This document shows positions 55,656-64,000 of a stretch of DNA of 64,000 nucleotides, piece by piece. The notes beneath the pieces were generated by a model. The model was given only the letters and a program-made list of their open reading frames with translations, ran no database searches and was not told the origin of the DNA. Source of the DNA: an uncultured Verrucomicrobiota bacterium (GTDB taxonomy: Bacteria > Verrucomicrobiota > Kiritimatiellia > CAIVKH01). How positions within the stretch are numbered: position 1 is the first letter of the stretch; every line of letters begins with the position of its first letter. The stretch lies in the NCBI GenBank assembly GCA_937873455.1, contig CALMYG010000177.1:60118-124117 (forward strand). Reading direction: 5' to 3'. The position numbers and the translations under genes are program-made.

Positions 55656-57101
55656 TTACCTCATACAACGGGCTTCCAGAATTTTTACAAACGAACGGGC
55701 GTGTAACTCGTCCAGGGTCAACCCGGTCATGCGGGCCTCATCCTCGGTAATCGCTCCGCAATTGATGCCCCGTAGAAAATAATTCAACAAACCCTGACCG
55801 GTCGCCGCATCATCGAAGGTGTCGCCGATCAACGTCGCCTGGGCGGCTTTTTCAATAAAGGTTTTAAGTCGGAGCGACGCCGCATCCAGCCCCTTCAGGA
55901 AGAAATAATACACGGCGGCATACCGAATCGGAAATTGGGCGGGGTGAAGATCCCAGCCTTGGTAATAGGCCTGCTCCAGCGAGTGATTTACGTGCTCCAG
56001 CATCAACCGCCATGACCGGTGAACCACGTCGCGGTTTTCCCGGCGTTGCGTTGCCGTCAATGCCTTGCCCGGGGCGGCCCGGTGCGGTCCCACCGGCATG
56101 ATATTCGTGGCCCCGTCGGAAATCCAGATTCCGGTCCCCGCCAGAGAGACCTTCATCATGTGACGGGCGAAATCGCAGGCCAGGTGATTCATGCGCTGAT
56201 ACGCGGCGGTAATGCTGCAGGAAGCGGTGTAATCATACACGCCAAAATGAGCCCCGACGCAGCGCCCCTTCGCCGCCTTCACCAGTTGTGAGACATTGCA
56301 CGCGCCCTCGTGGTTGATGATGGATTGCGGGGTTTCAATCATCAGCTCGCACTTTAGCGAACCTTTGGGCAATTTCAGCCGTGCCTCCAAGGCCTCCAGC
56401 AGGCGCACGCCGGCGGCGACGTGCTCCGGCAACATGACCTTGGGAAAGGTGACCACAAAATTTTCGGGCAACGCGCCCCCGGTCTGTCGCACCAATTCGG
56501 TAATGAAAATATCGAGGGTGGCGACGGCACGTTTTTTGAGCTCCTGGGAAAACGGCTTGATGCGAATACCGATAAACGGGGGAAGCGTGCCGTTTTTCAT
56601 GCCGCGGGCGACTTCCTGTGCGGCAATCACCGCCTGGCGGTCTTCCTCCGCATCCGGGCGGTTGCCATAGCCATCCTCAAAATCGATTCGGAAGTCTTCA
56701 ACCGGTTCGCGCTTCAACTTTTCCACCACCCGCTCATAGACGGTATGAAGCAATCCGATATCCGGATGCGAGCGCTTAACACGATCAGGCCTGGTTTTGA
56801 GCGTACGCATCAAGGCGGCCAAGCCGGCCCGCGACTTGGGCAATTGCTCGTAACCGGGCAACTGAAGAGCGAGGGCGAAGGAAGCGAAATCCGGCGCGTA
56901 TTCCTCAAGACTGCGCAAGGCCACCTCACCCAGCTTGCGGGCGCCATCGGCTTTGAACAAGTGCGCACCGCCATACACCGTCTGAATCGGCTGGCGCGCC
57001 GGCGACTCGCCGGGATACCAAACCGCAAAGCGATCGTTCGCCTTCTTCAAATCGGACAACACCTTGGTGACAACGGATGCGGATAACGACGAACTCATCA
57101 T
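55656..57101 (-). CDS. Divergent malate-synthase-like TIM-barrel protein embedded in the purine-catabolism operon
   Basis: IDFEDGYG resembles the malate synthase DFEDS catalytic block. AHFGVYDYTAS resembles the malate synthase GxWDY signature. At 482 aa it is shorter than canonical AceB/GlcB. Its ATGATGA start overlaps the uraD stop, and GGAGGA lies upstream. Confidence 0.45.
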   Translation of the reverse strand: MMSSSLSASVVTKVLSDLKKANDRFAVWYPGESPARQPIQTVYGGAHLFKADGARKLGEVALRSLEEYAPDFASFALALQLPGYEQLPKSRAGLAALMRTLKTRPDRVKRSHPDIGLLHTVYERVVEKLKREPVEDFRIDFEDGYGNRPDAEEDRQAVIAAQEVARGMKNGTLPPFIGIRIKPFSQELKKRAVATLDIFITELVRQTGGALPENFVVTFPKVMLPEHVAAGVRLLEALEARLKLPKGSLKCELMIETPQSIINHEGACNVSQLVKAAKGRCVGAHFGVYDYTASCSITAAYQRMNHLACDFARHMMKVSLAGTGIWISDGATNIMPVGPHRAAPGKALTATQRRENRDVVHRSWRLMLEHVNHSLEQAYYQGWDLHPAQFPIRYAAVYYFFLKGLDAASLRLKTFIEKAAQATLIGDTFDDAATGQGLLNYFLRGINCGAITEDEARMTGLTLDELHARSFVKILEARCMR

Positions 57102-57649
57102 GATTCCTCCAGCCATTTTAGAATACGCAGATCGGTTATTTTTTGCTGCTCGGCGGCCGCGTTCTCCATCTCGCGGTCGCGTGGATTCGGCAACCGAGCC
57201 TCCAGCAAGCCCAACATTTCCGCCGCGCTTTTTCCGGTTGCGCAGACAATGAAAATAAATCCGAATTTTTCCTCGTAGGCCCGGTTGCCTTCTGCCAGTC
57301 CGCGTAACACCGCGTCATCGGCTGCGGCCACTCCGGATTGCTCACCGGAGGCCCAGCCTTTGGTGTTGGCGTATTTTTCGCGAAGGCTGTTGATATCACC
57401 GATACGCGGATGGGCGGCAAAGGCCTCCAACCAGTCTGCCTGGCTCAAACCACGCCAGACCGCCACCGCCGCGGCTTGAACCTCCGCGCGGGATTGGTAC
57501 GGTCGCCGCTCCGCCATCGCGGCGGCCCAGGCGCGGCAACCGCAACAACGATAAAAAGCCGCTTCCGCCTCCTCGGTGCTGCAACAATTTAATTCGGATA
57601 CCTTCATGATGTTATCGTGTAAGGGCTGAGGGGTTGAGGCCGCGAGCAC
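57098..57649 (-). CDS. uraD: OHCU (2-oxo-4-hydroxy-4-carboxy-5-ureidoimidazoline) decarboxylase
   Basis: It is ~183 aa with AHPRIG and ...FIFIVCA... blocks typical of the OHCU decarboxylase family. Confidence 0.75.
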   Translation of the reverse strand: MLAASTPQPLHDNIMKVSELNCCSTEEAEAAFYRCCGCRAWAAAMAERRPYQSRAEVQAAAVAVWRGLSQADWLEAFAAHPRIGDINSLREKYANTKGWASGEQSGVAAADDAVLRGLAEGNRAYEEKFGFIFIVCATGKSAAEMLGLLEARLPNPRDREMENAAAEQQKITDLRILKWLEES

Positions 57650-57655
57650 TTCGGC

Positions 57656-58648
57656 TCATGCGCCGGCCAGCACCTTGCCCAAAACCCGCAACCGGCTGAC
57701 CCCGCCGTCCGGGAAAATGTTTAGTTTTAAATGGGAAAACGGTCCGGTGTTTTTAATATCCCGGTCAAAGAAATGTTGGTGGTGCGCCTGCAGCTTTGTC
57801 CGCGGAAGCACTTGATTCCATTCGACTTCATTCCACGTCAGGATATCGATGTTTTCATCGGGGGCGAGACAGCCGTCCACCGAGCATTCATCGGGAAAAT
57901 TGCCCTTGAAATGATTGGTATCAACTTCAAGCTGGCTGATGATCCCCGGACGGCCCAGCTTGACGATCACCCAGTCGTAGCCCATCCCGCGGCGGCGCTT
58001 GGTCTCCCATCCATCCCCCATGTTGGCCGAACGACCGGGCATCAGGAGGTTGTGCATGGAGCTGAAAAACATATCGCTGCAGGCCACCGCGCGCCCGCCA
58101 TTCGCGAGGGCGGCGAGATCAATGGTTTCATCCGGATCGCTCGCGGTCCAATCCTTGTACACGTCGCCGTACACCCGGAAACGCGCGACGCCGCCATCGG
58201 GATAAATGTTTAACCGCACATGGGTCCAGGGTTGCCGGCTGCTGATGGCAAACAGATTTTGGGCCCCCGGATTCAACGGCGAGCGCGGGAGAATTTCCGT
58301 CCATTCGCCCTGCGCGCTCATTGCGGCATCGATGGAGGCAAACGCGGGGTTGTTGCCGAGAAAGTGGTTGGTGTCGATGTCCACCCCGTGTATCACACCG
58401 GGAAGGCCGAGTTCGATTACGCACCAATCATGGCCGGGCGTGCGTTTTCGGCGGGTCTCCCAACCGTCCATCCACTTGCCGCGATCCGTATACTTGTCAT
58501 CGATGAAGATGCCCCGCCCCGCCTTGAGCAGGTTTTCCTTTTCGGCAAAAAATTCATCGCTGGCGGAAAGGGTTTTTCCGCCGATTTTTTCCGCGGCGAG
58601 GTCAATAAACCCCGCAAACGACGCAGCTCCGGATGGGGCATGGCTCAT
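57656..58648 (-). CDS. alc: Allantoicase
   Basis: It carries the two tandem allantoicase repeats, each with DGWETRR/DGWETKRRR and VDTNHF(L/K)GN motifs. Confidence 0.85.
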   Translation of the reverse strand: MSHAPSGAASFAGFIDLAAEKIGGKTLSASDEFFAEKENLLKAGRGIFIDDKYTDRGKWMDGWETRRKRTPGHDWCVIELGLPGVIHGVDIDTNHFLGNNPAFASIDAAMSAQGEWTEILPRSPLNPGAQNLFAISSRQPWTHVRLNIYPDGGVARFRVYGDVYKDWTASDPDETIDLAALANGGRAVACSDMFFSSMHNLLMPGRSANMGDGWETKRRRGMGYDWVIVKLGRPGIISQLEVDTNHFKGNFPDECSVDGCLAPDENIDILTWNEVEWNQVLPRTKLQAHHQHFFDRDIKNTGPFSHLKLNIFPDGGVSRLRVLGKVLAGA

Positions 58649-58669
58649 GAACGACTCCTTGAATAGGGA

Positions 58670-60037
58670 TTATGCCAATGATGGGGAACGCAACAGGACG
58701 CGACCCGGCAGAAGATTTTCCATGTGATGAGTGTCATACACAACACGCCCCCGAAGATAGGTGGTTTCCACGACGCCGACAAGCGTTTCGTGATCGTACG
58801 GGGTGACTTTATGGCGGTGGCGCAGTTCGCGCCCCTTGACGGTAAATGAGCGTCCGGGATCCACGACGACCAAATCGGCATCCGCACCCGGGGCGATTGC
58901 CCCTTTGCGCGGGAAAAGTCCTACCAGCCGGGCCGGCCCCTCACACATCCAGCGGGCAATGTGCTCGAGTGAAATGCCCCGATTACGGCATTCGGTTATC
59001 ATGACCGACAAACCCAACTGGAGCGAGCAGATCCCGCCCCAGGCCCGGATCAAGTCCCCCTCCGCCAGGTATTTCATTTCCGGCGGGCATGGCGAATGAT
59101 CGGATACCACCAGATCGAGAGCGCCCTCCTGTAGGGCTTTCCACAAGGCCTCCCGGTGGCATGCTTCCCGTATCGGTGGCGCACATTTGAACCGGGTGTC
59201 GGCATCGGGAATCGACTCGGCTTGAAAATGGAGGTAATGCGGACACGTCTCCACCGTGATCGGCAAACCCTCCGCGCGCGCGGTTGCCAGCATGGGCAGC
59301 GCATCCGCCGTGGCCAGGTGAACGACATGAACATGACAACCGGTCTGTCGACAAAGTTCAATCAGCTGCCCAATAGCATCCGTTTCCCACCATGACGGAC
59401 GGGAGGCCACATAGCGTTGATACGACTGATGTTTTCCCGGCGGCAAATCGACCGGCCCATCCGATTCAGCATGAGCCAGCAAGGGGATACCAAGACGGTT
59501 CAGGATGGGCATGGCTTCGGCCAACTCATTCTTCGTCACATTCAAAAACTCCGGGATGCCGGAATACACCATAAATGCCTTCACCCCGAATACCCCCATG
59601 CGAACAAGTTCCTCCACATGGTGCGCATTTCCCGGAACCAGGCCCGCATAAAAGCCCACATCCACGGAAAGCTTTCCTTCGGCGGCCGCCAATTTCTGGC
59701 GGAAGGCATCCGGGGTGGTCGTGACCGGATTGCTGTTCAGCGGCATTTCGATGAGCGTCGTCACGCCGCCGGCCGCGGCCGCTGAGGTGGCGGTCAGAAA
59801 ACCCTCCCACTCCGTGCGCCCCGGCTCATTGATATGCACATGGCTATCGACCAACCCCGGGAAAACCCATGCATCGCCCACATCACGCACCGGCATGGCG
59901 GAGTTAGGGGGATCGCCCGGCTGCACGGCCATAATCTTCTCGCCCTCCACCAGAACCACCCCGTCCACGACCCCATGCGGGCTCACAATATGCCGGCTAC
60001 GTAAATAAAATGTTTGATCCATGACGCACGTTATCAA
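58670..60037 (-). CDS. allB: Allantoinase (cyclic amidohydrolase superfamily)
   Basis: GLVDSHVHINEPGRTEWEGF is the metal-binding HxH. ...VKAFM.... a later H and ...DHSP... further down also match. It is ~455 aa. Confidence 0.85.
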   Translation of the reverse strand: MITCVMDQTFYLRSRHIVSPHGVVDGVVLVEGEKIMAVQPGDPPNSAMPVRDVGDAWVFPGLVDSHVHINEPGRTEWEGFLTATSAAAAGGVTTLIEMPLNSNPVTTTPDAFRQKLAAAEGKLSVDVGFYAGLVPGNAHHVEELVRMGVFGVKAFMVYSGIPEFLNVTKNELAEAMPILNRLGIPLLAHAESDGPVDLPPGKHQSYQRYVASRPSWWETDAIGQLIELCRQTGCHVHVVHLATADALPMLATARAEGLPITVETCPHYLHFQAESIPDADTRFKCAPPIREACHREALWKALQEGALDLVVSDHSPCPPEMKYLAEGDLIRAWGGICSLQLGLSVMITECRNRGISLEHIARWMCEGPARLVGLFPRKGAIAPGADADLVVVDPGRSFTVKGRELRHRHKVTPYDHETLVGVVETTYLRGRVVYDTHHMENLLPGRVLLRSPSLA

Positions 60038-60133
60038 GCGCGCACCCCGCCCGGCAAGTTCATGTTAATCCCCCGCGCGTGCCGCGAATATTCGATTACA
60101 AACCTGATTACGCGTGCTATACTACCCGGCAAC

Positions 60134-60586
60134 ATGAATGCGTTTGATTATGTCGCGCTGGCCTGCTTGATCTCGGCCGGACTCAATGGCTACCGGCAAG
60201 GGTTTTCCCGGGAGTTTTACCGGTTGGCGCGCATGGGGGCGGCGTTATTCGCCGGAAGCCGTTTTTATGAGGTCGCCGGTGGCGCAGTGACCAACCTCAC
60301 CAACGCGGCGACCTCCGTGGTTGATCCCGTCTTCTTTATCGGCATCACCGTGGCGGTGTGGATCCTGCTGCGCTCCTTGCGACGGTGGATCGAAGCCGGC
60401 TTACAGCGTGCGGTTCCTCAAAAATGGCAGGCCGGGGGCGGGGCGCTGGCTGCCGTGATCAAAACGGCCTTGATCACCGGCGGCGTGGTCGCGGTGTTTA
60501 ACCTCGCCACCTGGATTCCCGGCCATCGCCTGGTGGCCGAGGAATCCCTCACCGCCGCCATCACCAAGCCGTTCATGACGCCGTGA
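60134..60586 (+). CDS. cvpA: CvpA-family membrane protein
   Basis: It is a 150-aa polytopic membrane protein with the N-terminus MNAFDYVALACLISAGLNGYRQGFSREF, which is typical of colicin-V-production CvpA. Confidence 0.6.
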   Translation: MNAFDYVALACLISAGLNGYRQGFSREFYRLARMGAALFAGSRFYEVAGGAVTNLTNAATSVVDPVFFIGITVAVWILLRSLRRWIEAGLQRAVPQKWQAGGGALAAVIKTALITGGVVAVFNLATWIPGHRLVAEESLTAAITKPFMTP

Positions 60587-60772
60587 AACAGCGGTTGCGT
60601 GCGCCAGATCACCGGTAAAGATCAGATCGAACCATGGGCTGGCGCTTACTGGCGACCCGCGAACGGCCCGCCAGTCCGCACGGTCCTGACGTTGTGCCAC
60701 AGGGAGTACTTGACTGCCCCCATGCTCCTTACCATAATGTAAGGCGTGTTAAGAAAGTAAGGAGTACGACAC

Positions 60773-61021
60773 ATGGTCACTGCAACAATGACAAGTAAGG
60801 GTCAGCTCACGATTCCGAAGGCCGTGCGGGATTCGCTTCATCTTCACGCGGGCGATCGCGTCGCATTCGTTATTCGCAACAATGCAGAGGCCGTGCTGAA
60901 GCCGGTGACGAAGTCGGTGGACGATGTATTTGGGCGGCTTCACAACCCCAGGCAACCGCGAAAGAGTGTAGAAGAGATGAACGCTGCCGTGACGAAACGA
61001 ATGCAGGAGCGAAAGGGATGA
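60773..61021 (+). CDS. vapB: AbrB/MazE/SpoVT-type antitoxin (VapB-like)
   Basis: SKGQLTIPKAVRDSLHLHAGDRVAF is a swapped-hairpin beta-barrel motif. It is 82 aa and overlaps the PIN gene by 4 nt. The surrounding region has lower GC. Confidence 0.7.
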   Translation: MVTATMTSKGQLTIPKAVRDSLHLHAGDRVAFVIRNNAEAVLKPVTKSVDDVFGRLHNPRQPRKSVEEMNAAVTKRMQERKG

Positions 61022-61416
61022 TCGCCGTTGATACGAACGTCATTGTACGATTTCTTGTTCGGGACGATGAAAGACAGGCGGAAGCCGTCCGCAAGCGTCT
61101 CAAACAGGCGGAAGAACGGCGTGAACGCTTGAAAATTCCGCTGCTTGTCGTTCTGGAAACTATTTGGGTTCTGGAAAGTGCGTATGAAAAGACACGATCC
61201 GAAATTCTGGGATCGATTGAGGACATGCGACAGATGCCCGTATTTGAGTTCGAGGCCGATCGCGTTATCGAGGGCCTCCTGAATGACGGACCGAAATACA
61301 ATACTGACCTTGCAGATATCCTCATTGGCCACGCGGCCGAGACCTCTGGATGCGACGCAGTCATCACGTTCGACAAGGGGGCAGCCAAGCTTCCCTTCTT
61401 CAGCATCTTGAAATGA
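61018..61416 (+). CDS. vapC: PIN-domain ribonuclease toxin (VapC)
   Basis: MIAVDTNVIVR supplies the first acidic residue. ...LETIWVLE... and the C-terminal ...FDKG... match the PIN fold. It is 132 aa. Confidence 0.8.
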   Translation: MIAVDTNVIVRFLVRDDERQAEAVRKRLKQAEERRERLKIPLLVVLETIWVLESAYEKTRSEILGSIEDMRQMPVFEFEADRVIEGLLNDGPKYNTDLADILIGHAAETSGCDAVITFDKGAAKLPFFSILK

Positions 61417-61592
61417 CCCGGCACAACAGGAGCGTGGATAGACACGTTTCACACCGCGCGGACGCGCCGCGAAATTGCCCGGGGCATGAAGATTCTTTTC
61501 CAAAAATAGTACGGAAAACTAAAACTGCCAAAAAGATGGTCTGACCCGTACACACCCTAAGCGGGTGGTCGCCATCCTTCCCATCGCGTCGA

Positions 61593-62339
61593 TTACGCCG
61601 CCGAATTTCGCAACTTCCGCTGCTCGGCCAACAGGTGCTTGATGCCCTTTCCGGCAAGACCGAGCATAGCCTGCAACTGGTCGGCGCTGAAGGGGCGTTC
61701 TTCCGCCGTACCCTGCACTTCGACAAATTTTCCGGAAGCGGTCATCACCACGTTCATGTCCACATCCGCGGCGGCGTCTTCCGCATAACACAAGTCCAAC
61801 AAGACTTGCCCGTCGATGATGCCGACACTTACCGCGGCGACGGCTTCACGTATGGGGTCTTCAGTCAACCGTCCATCGGCGAGCAAGCGGTCGACCGCCA
61901 ATCGCAGCGCGGCATAGGCTCCGGTGATGGATGCCGTGCGTGTTCCGCCGTCCGCCTGTAACACATCGCAGTCCACCCACAAGGTTCGTTGGCCCAGTTT
62001 GTTGAGATCTACCACGGCGCGCAGGGATCGACCGATCAGCCGTTGAATTTCCTGGGTTCGTCCGCTGGGCTTGCCGCTGGATGCCTCACGCCGGATGCGG
62101 TCCTCGGAGGCATACGGTAACATGCTGTACTCGGCGGTCAGCCAACCACCGGCAACCTTGTCCTGCTTCATCCATCGGGGCACGTCATCCTCAACGGTCA
62201 CCGCGCAAACCACGCGGGTCCGCCCCATGGCCATGAGGACGGATCCGAGAGCGGAAGGGGCGAAATCCGGAGTAAACGCCACCGGGCGTAACACTCCGGG
62301 CTTTCGCCCATCCGGACGTTTCGTGTTACTTCGCGTCAT
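61593..62339 (-). CDS. rph: Ribonuclease PH
   Basis: RPDGRKPGVLRPV..., ...DCDVLQADGGTRTASITGAYAAL... and the ~248-aa length all match RNase PH. Confidence 0.9.
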   Translation of the reverse strand: MTRSNTKRPDGRKPGVLRPVAFTPDFAPSALGSVLMAMGRTRVVCAVTVEDDVPRWMKQDKVAGGWLTAEYSMLPYASEDRIRREASSGKPSGRTQEIQRLIGRSLRAVVDLNKLGQRTLWVDCDVLQADGGTRTASITGAYAALRLAVDRLLADGRLTEDPIREAVAAVSVGIIDGQVLLDLCYAEDAAADVDMNVVMTASGKFVEVQGTAEERPFSADQLQAMLGLAGKGIKHLLAEQRKLRNSAA

Positions 62340-62947
62340 TAATCGCGATACTTCACGCTGCAGCCATAGGGAGTGGTCTGTGCATTGACTACGGCTTCGC
62401 CGGCCATGTGCTGGGCAAGCGCGGCAACCACGTAGTTTTCCGCTCCTTCGATATCTTCCGGATTCGTGGAGCGTATGCTGTCAATGGCGCCTTGGTATAC
62501 CAGAAGACCTTCGGGATCGATGACATACATGTGGGGGGTGGTGCGCGCGCCGTACTTACGTCCGACGACGCCGTCTTCATCGAGCAAAACCGCAGTGGCC
62601 GCCGCGCCGATTTCCTCGTTCTTGGCATTCCATGCTTCAGGACTCATATGGCCCTGCAAGCCTTCCGCTGACGAGCAAATAGAGAGCCAAACCACGCCTT
62701 TTTCCGTGTGTTCACGTTGCAGCGCCTGCATGTGGCCTTCCTTGTAAAACTTCACCACAAACGGGCAGCCGTGGTTGATCCACTCCAAAACGACGTATTT
62801 ACCTTTGAAGTCGCTCAGGTTGTGGCTGGCGCCGTGGGTGTCGGTCAAGGTGAAATCCGGGGCGGGTTCACCGATGCTCAACGTGGCCGCATGGGAGAAG
62901 GCGGCGGTTGCGGCCATGGTTACAAACGTCATGAGTAGTTTCTTCAT
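62339..62947 (-). CDS. Secreted thioredoxin-fold redoxin (AhpC/TSA-ResA-like thiol-disulfide oxidoreductase)
   Basis: It has a signal peptide (MKKLLMTFVTMAATAAFSHA). PAPDFTLTDTHG...KYVVLEWINHGCPFV is the redoxin active-site region. Confidence 0.65.
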   Translation of the reverse strand: MKKLLMTFVTMAATAAFSHAATLSIGEPAPDFTLTDTHGASHNLSDFKGKYVVLEWINHGCPFVVKFYKEGHMQALQREHTEKGVVWLSICSSAEGLQGHMSPEAWNAKNEEIGAAATAVLLDEDGVVGRKYGARTTPHMYVIDPEGLLVYQGAIDSIRSTNPEDIEGAENYVVAALAQHMAGEAVVNAQTTPYGCSVKYRD

Positions 62948-63006
62948 TCTATCGTTCCTCCGGGGTTAATGGTTACCACTACAGACATATCATACTATAA
63001 TAATGC

Positions 63007-64000
63007 TCAATTTAAGTTTTTCAAGGCATCGAGGACAATACGCCGGGTCAGGATTTCCGGCAAAAGGACCGGCGGAGCATCCGCCCGCCCGTCGTAGAGC
63101 GCGTAGACCGGAACGGATTGGCGACCATGTTTGGACAACTCGCGGGCGATCACCTCGTTTTCATCGGTCCAGTCGGCATACAGCAACACGACGCCGCGAT
63201 CCCGGAACGCCTGCATAATTTCCCCGGTGCGCAACACCGTCAACTTGTTGACCTGGCAGGTCAGGCACCATTTGGCCGTAAAGTCGATGAATACTGGCTG
63301 GCCCTCGGCCAACAATTCTTCCAGCAGTTCGGGGGAAAAGTCACGCCACTCCGATGACGCCACGGCGCTTCCAGAGGTTTCAGCGGCCCGCACGCTGGAC
63401 AAGCCGAGGAAAACGGCGAGGCCGATCAGGGGCCACGCGATGATGCGGGCGCGCCAACGCACCCCCGTTGAACGGGATATGGCATCCCACTTGCCGAGGA
63501 TCCAGACCGCGAGCGCAACCAGGAAAAATGCCGCCAAGACGGCGATCAACGTGCTGGCGGCGGCCAAGGCTGACAATACCCAAAGCAACCAAATTACGGT
63601 GGCGACCAGGAAAAAACCCATGATCTGCTTCATGGTCTCCATCCAGGGTCCGGGCCGGGGCAACGCACGTAACAGCGCCGGATACCGGGACAGCAGCAAA
63701 TAGGGCGAGGCCATCCCCAAGGCCAACGCCGTAAACACAGTCAATGCCACATACGCCGGCTGGGTAAGCGCATAGCCCAACGCCACCCCCATGAACGGCG
63801 CCGTGCACGGCGTGGCTATGATGGTGGCCAAGAACCCGCTGAAAAACGACCCGCCCCACCCTGCTTTATGGGCAGCCGTTCCGCCGACTGAAGTCAGCGA
63901 GAGTCCCACTTCAAAGACACCGAACAAATTCAACGCCAAGGTGAAGAATAACAGCGCGAGTACGATCAGCACTTCGGGGGATTGCAACTGAAAACCCCAA
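63007..64000 (-). CDS. dsbD: Thiol:disulfide interchange protein DsbD (partial). The CcdA-like TM core and C-terminal thioredoxin domain are present. The 5' end runs off the window.
   Basis: The TM core carries the Cys in ...ATPCTAPFMGVALG.... The C-terminal thioredoxin domain has WCLTCQ. The reading frame is open to the window edge, and the listed ORF uses a TTG start. Confidence 0.8.
   Translation of the reverse strand, partial: WGFQLQSPEVLIVLALLFFTLALNLFGVFEVGLSLTSVGGTAAHKAGWGGSFFSGFLATIIATPCTAPFMGVALGYALTQPAYVALTVFTALALGMASPYLLLSRYPALLRALPRPGPWMETMKQIMGFFLVATVIWLLWVLSALAAASTLIAVLAAFFLVALAVWILGKWDAISRSTGVRWRARIIAWPLIGLAVFLGLSSVRAAETSGSAVASSEWRDFSPELLEELLAEGQPVFIDFTAKWCLTCQVNKLTVLRTGEIMQAFRDRGVVLLYADWTDENEVIARELSKHGRQSVPVYALYDGRADAPPVLLPEILTRRIVLDALKNLN

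Noticed and set aside
1-64000. CRISPR arrays, rRNA and tRNA genes
   Set aside because: I found no regularly spaced short direct repeats, no rRNA-like conserved stretches and no cloverleaf-like segments on scanning either strand.

Overview
This is a high-GC (roughly 60-65%) bacterial chromosomal segment that is densely packed with coding sequence on both strands. Many neighbouring genes share 1-4 nt ATGA/TAATG stop-start overlaps, which implies long translationally coupled operons. A PEP-CTERM protein, many lipoproteins and TPR proteins suggest a Gram-negative host with an exosortase, perhaps Verrucomicrobia-, Kiritimatiellota- or planctomycete-like. This taxonomic guess is inference only.

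The housekeeping content has eight main blocks:
- A roughly 9.4 kb minus-strand operon: ftsH, folP, cdaA, cdaR, a TPR protein, a lipoprotein, an exported hypothetical, tatD and a ROK glucokinase.
- folA-thyA, with a divergent rpmE.
- An SNF2/SWIM helicase.
- A nucleoside catabolism operon (deoB, deoA, punA, cdd) that runs directly into a four-gene predicted amidoligase (peptide-ligase) cassette.
- A threonine/isoleucine operon: a Thr/Ile-rich leader peptide with a terminator/antiterminator, then hom, an ApgM-like alternative homoserine kinase, lysC and cimA.
- A Na+-translocating biotin decarboxylase (oadGAB) with birA and a lipoprotein alpha-acetolactate decarboxylase.
- A uricolytic cluster: allantoinase, allantoicase, OHCU decarboxylase, a malate-synthase-like protein and HIU hydrolase.
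- rph and dsbD at the right end.

There are also accessory, lower-GC insertions. One is a roughly 3.3 kb island at 30.6-34.0 kb carrying a methyltransferase, a polysaccharide-lyase-like gene and two membrane/lipoproteins. Two are toxin-antitoxin pairs (DUF433/DUF5615 and VapBC), and a third is a nucleotidyltransferase module next to the helicase.

I saw no rRNA, tRNA or CRISPR arrays.

The most interesting items are:
- The C39-peptidase / RimK ATP-grasp / GCS2 ligase / formylglutamate-amidohydrolase cassette that is translationally coupled to cdd.
- The thr-leader attenuator, with paired palindromic operator-like sites upstream.
- A 3-dehydroquinate-synthase-like plus EboE-like TIM-barrel pair, divergent from deoB.
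- The purine cluster, which has a malate-synthase-like gene but no recognisable urate oxidase.
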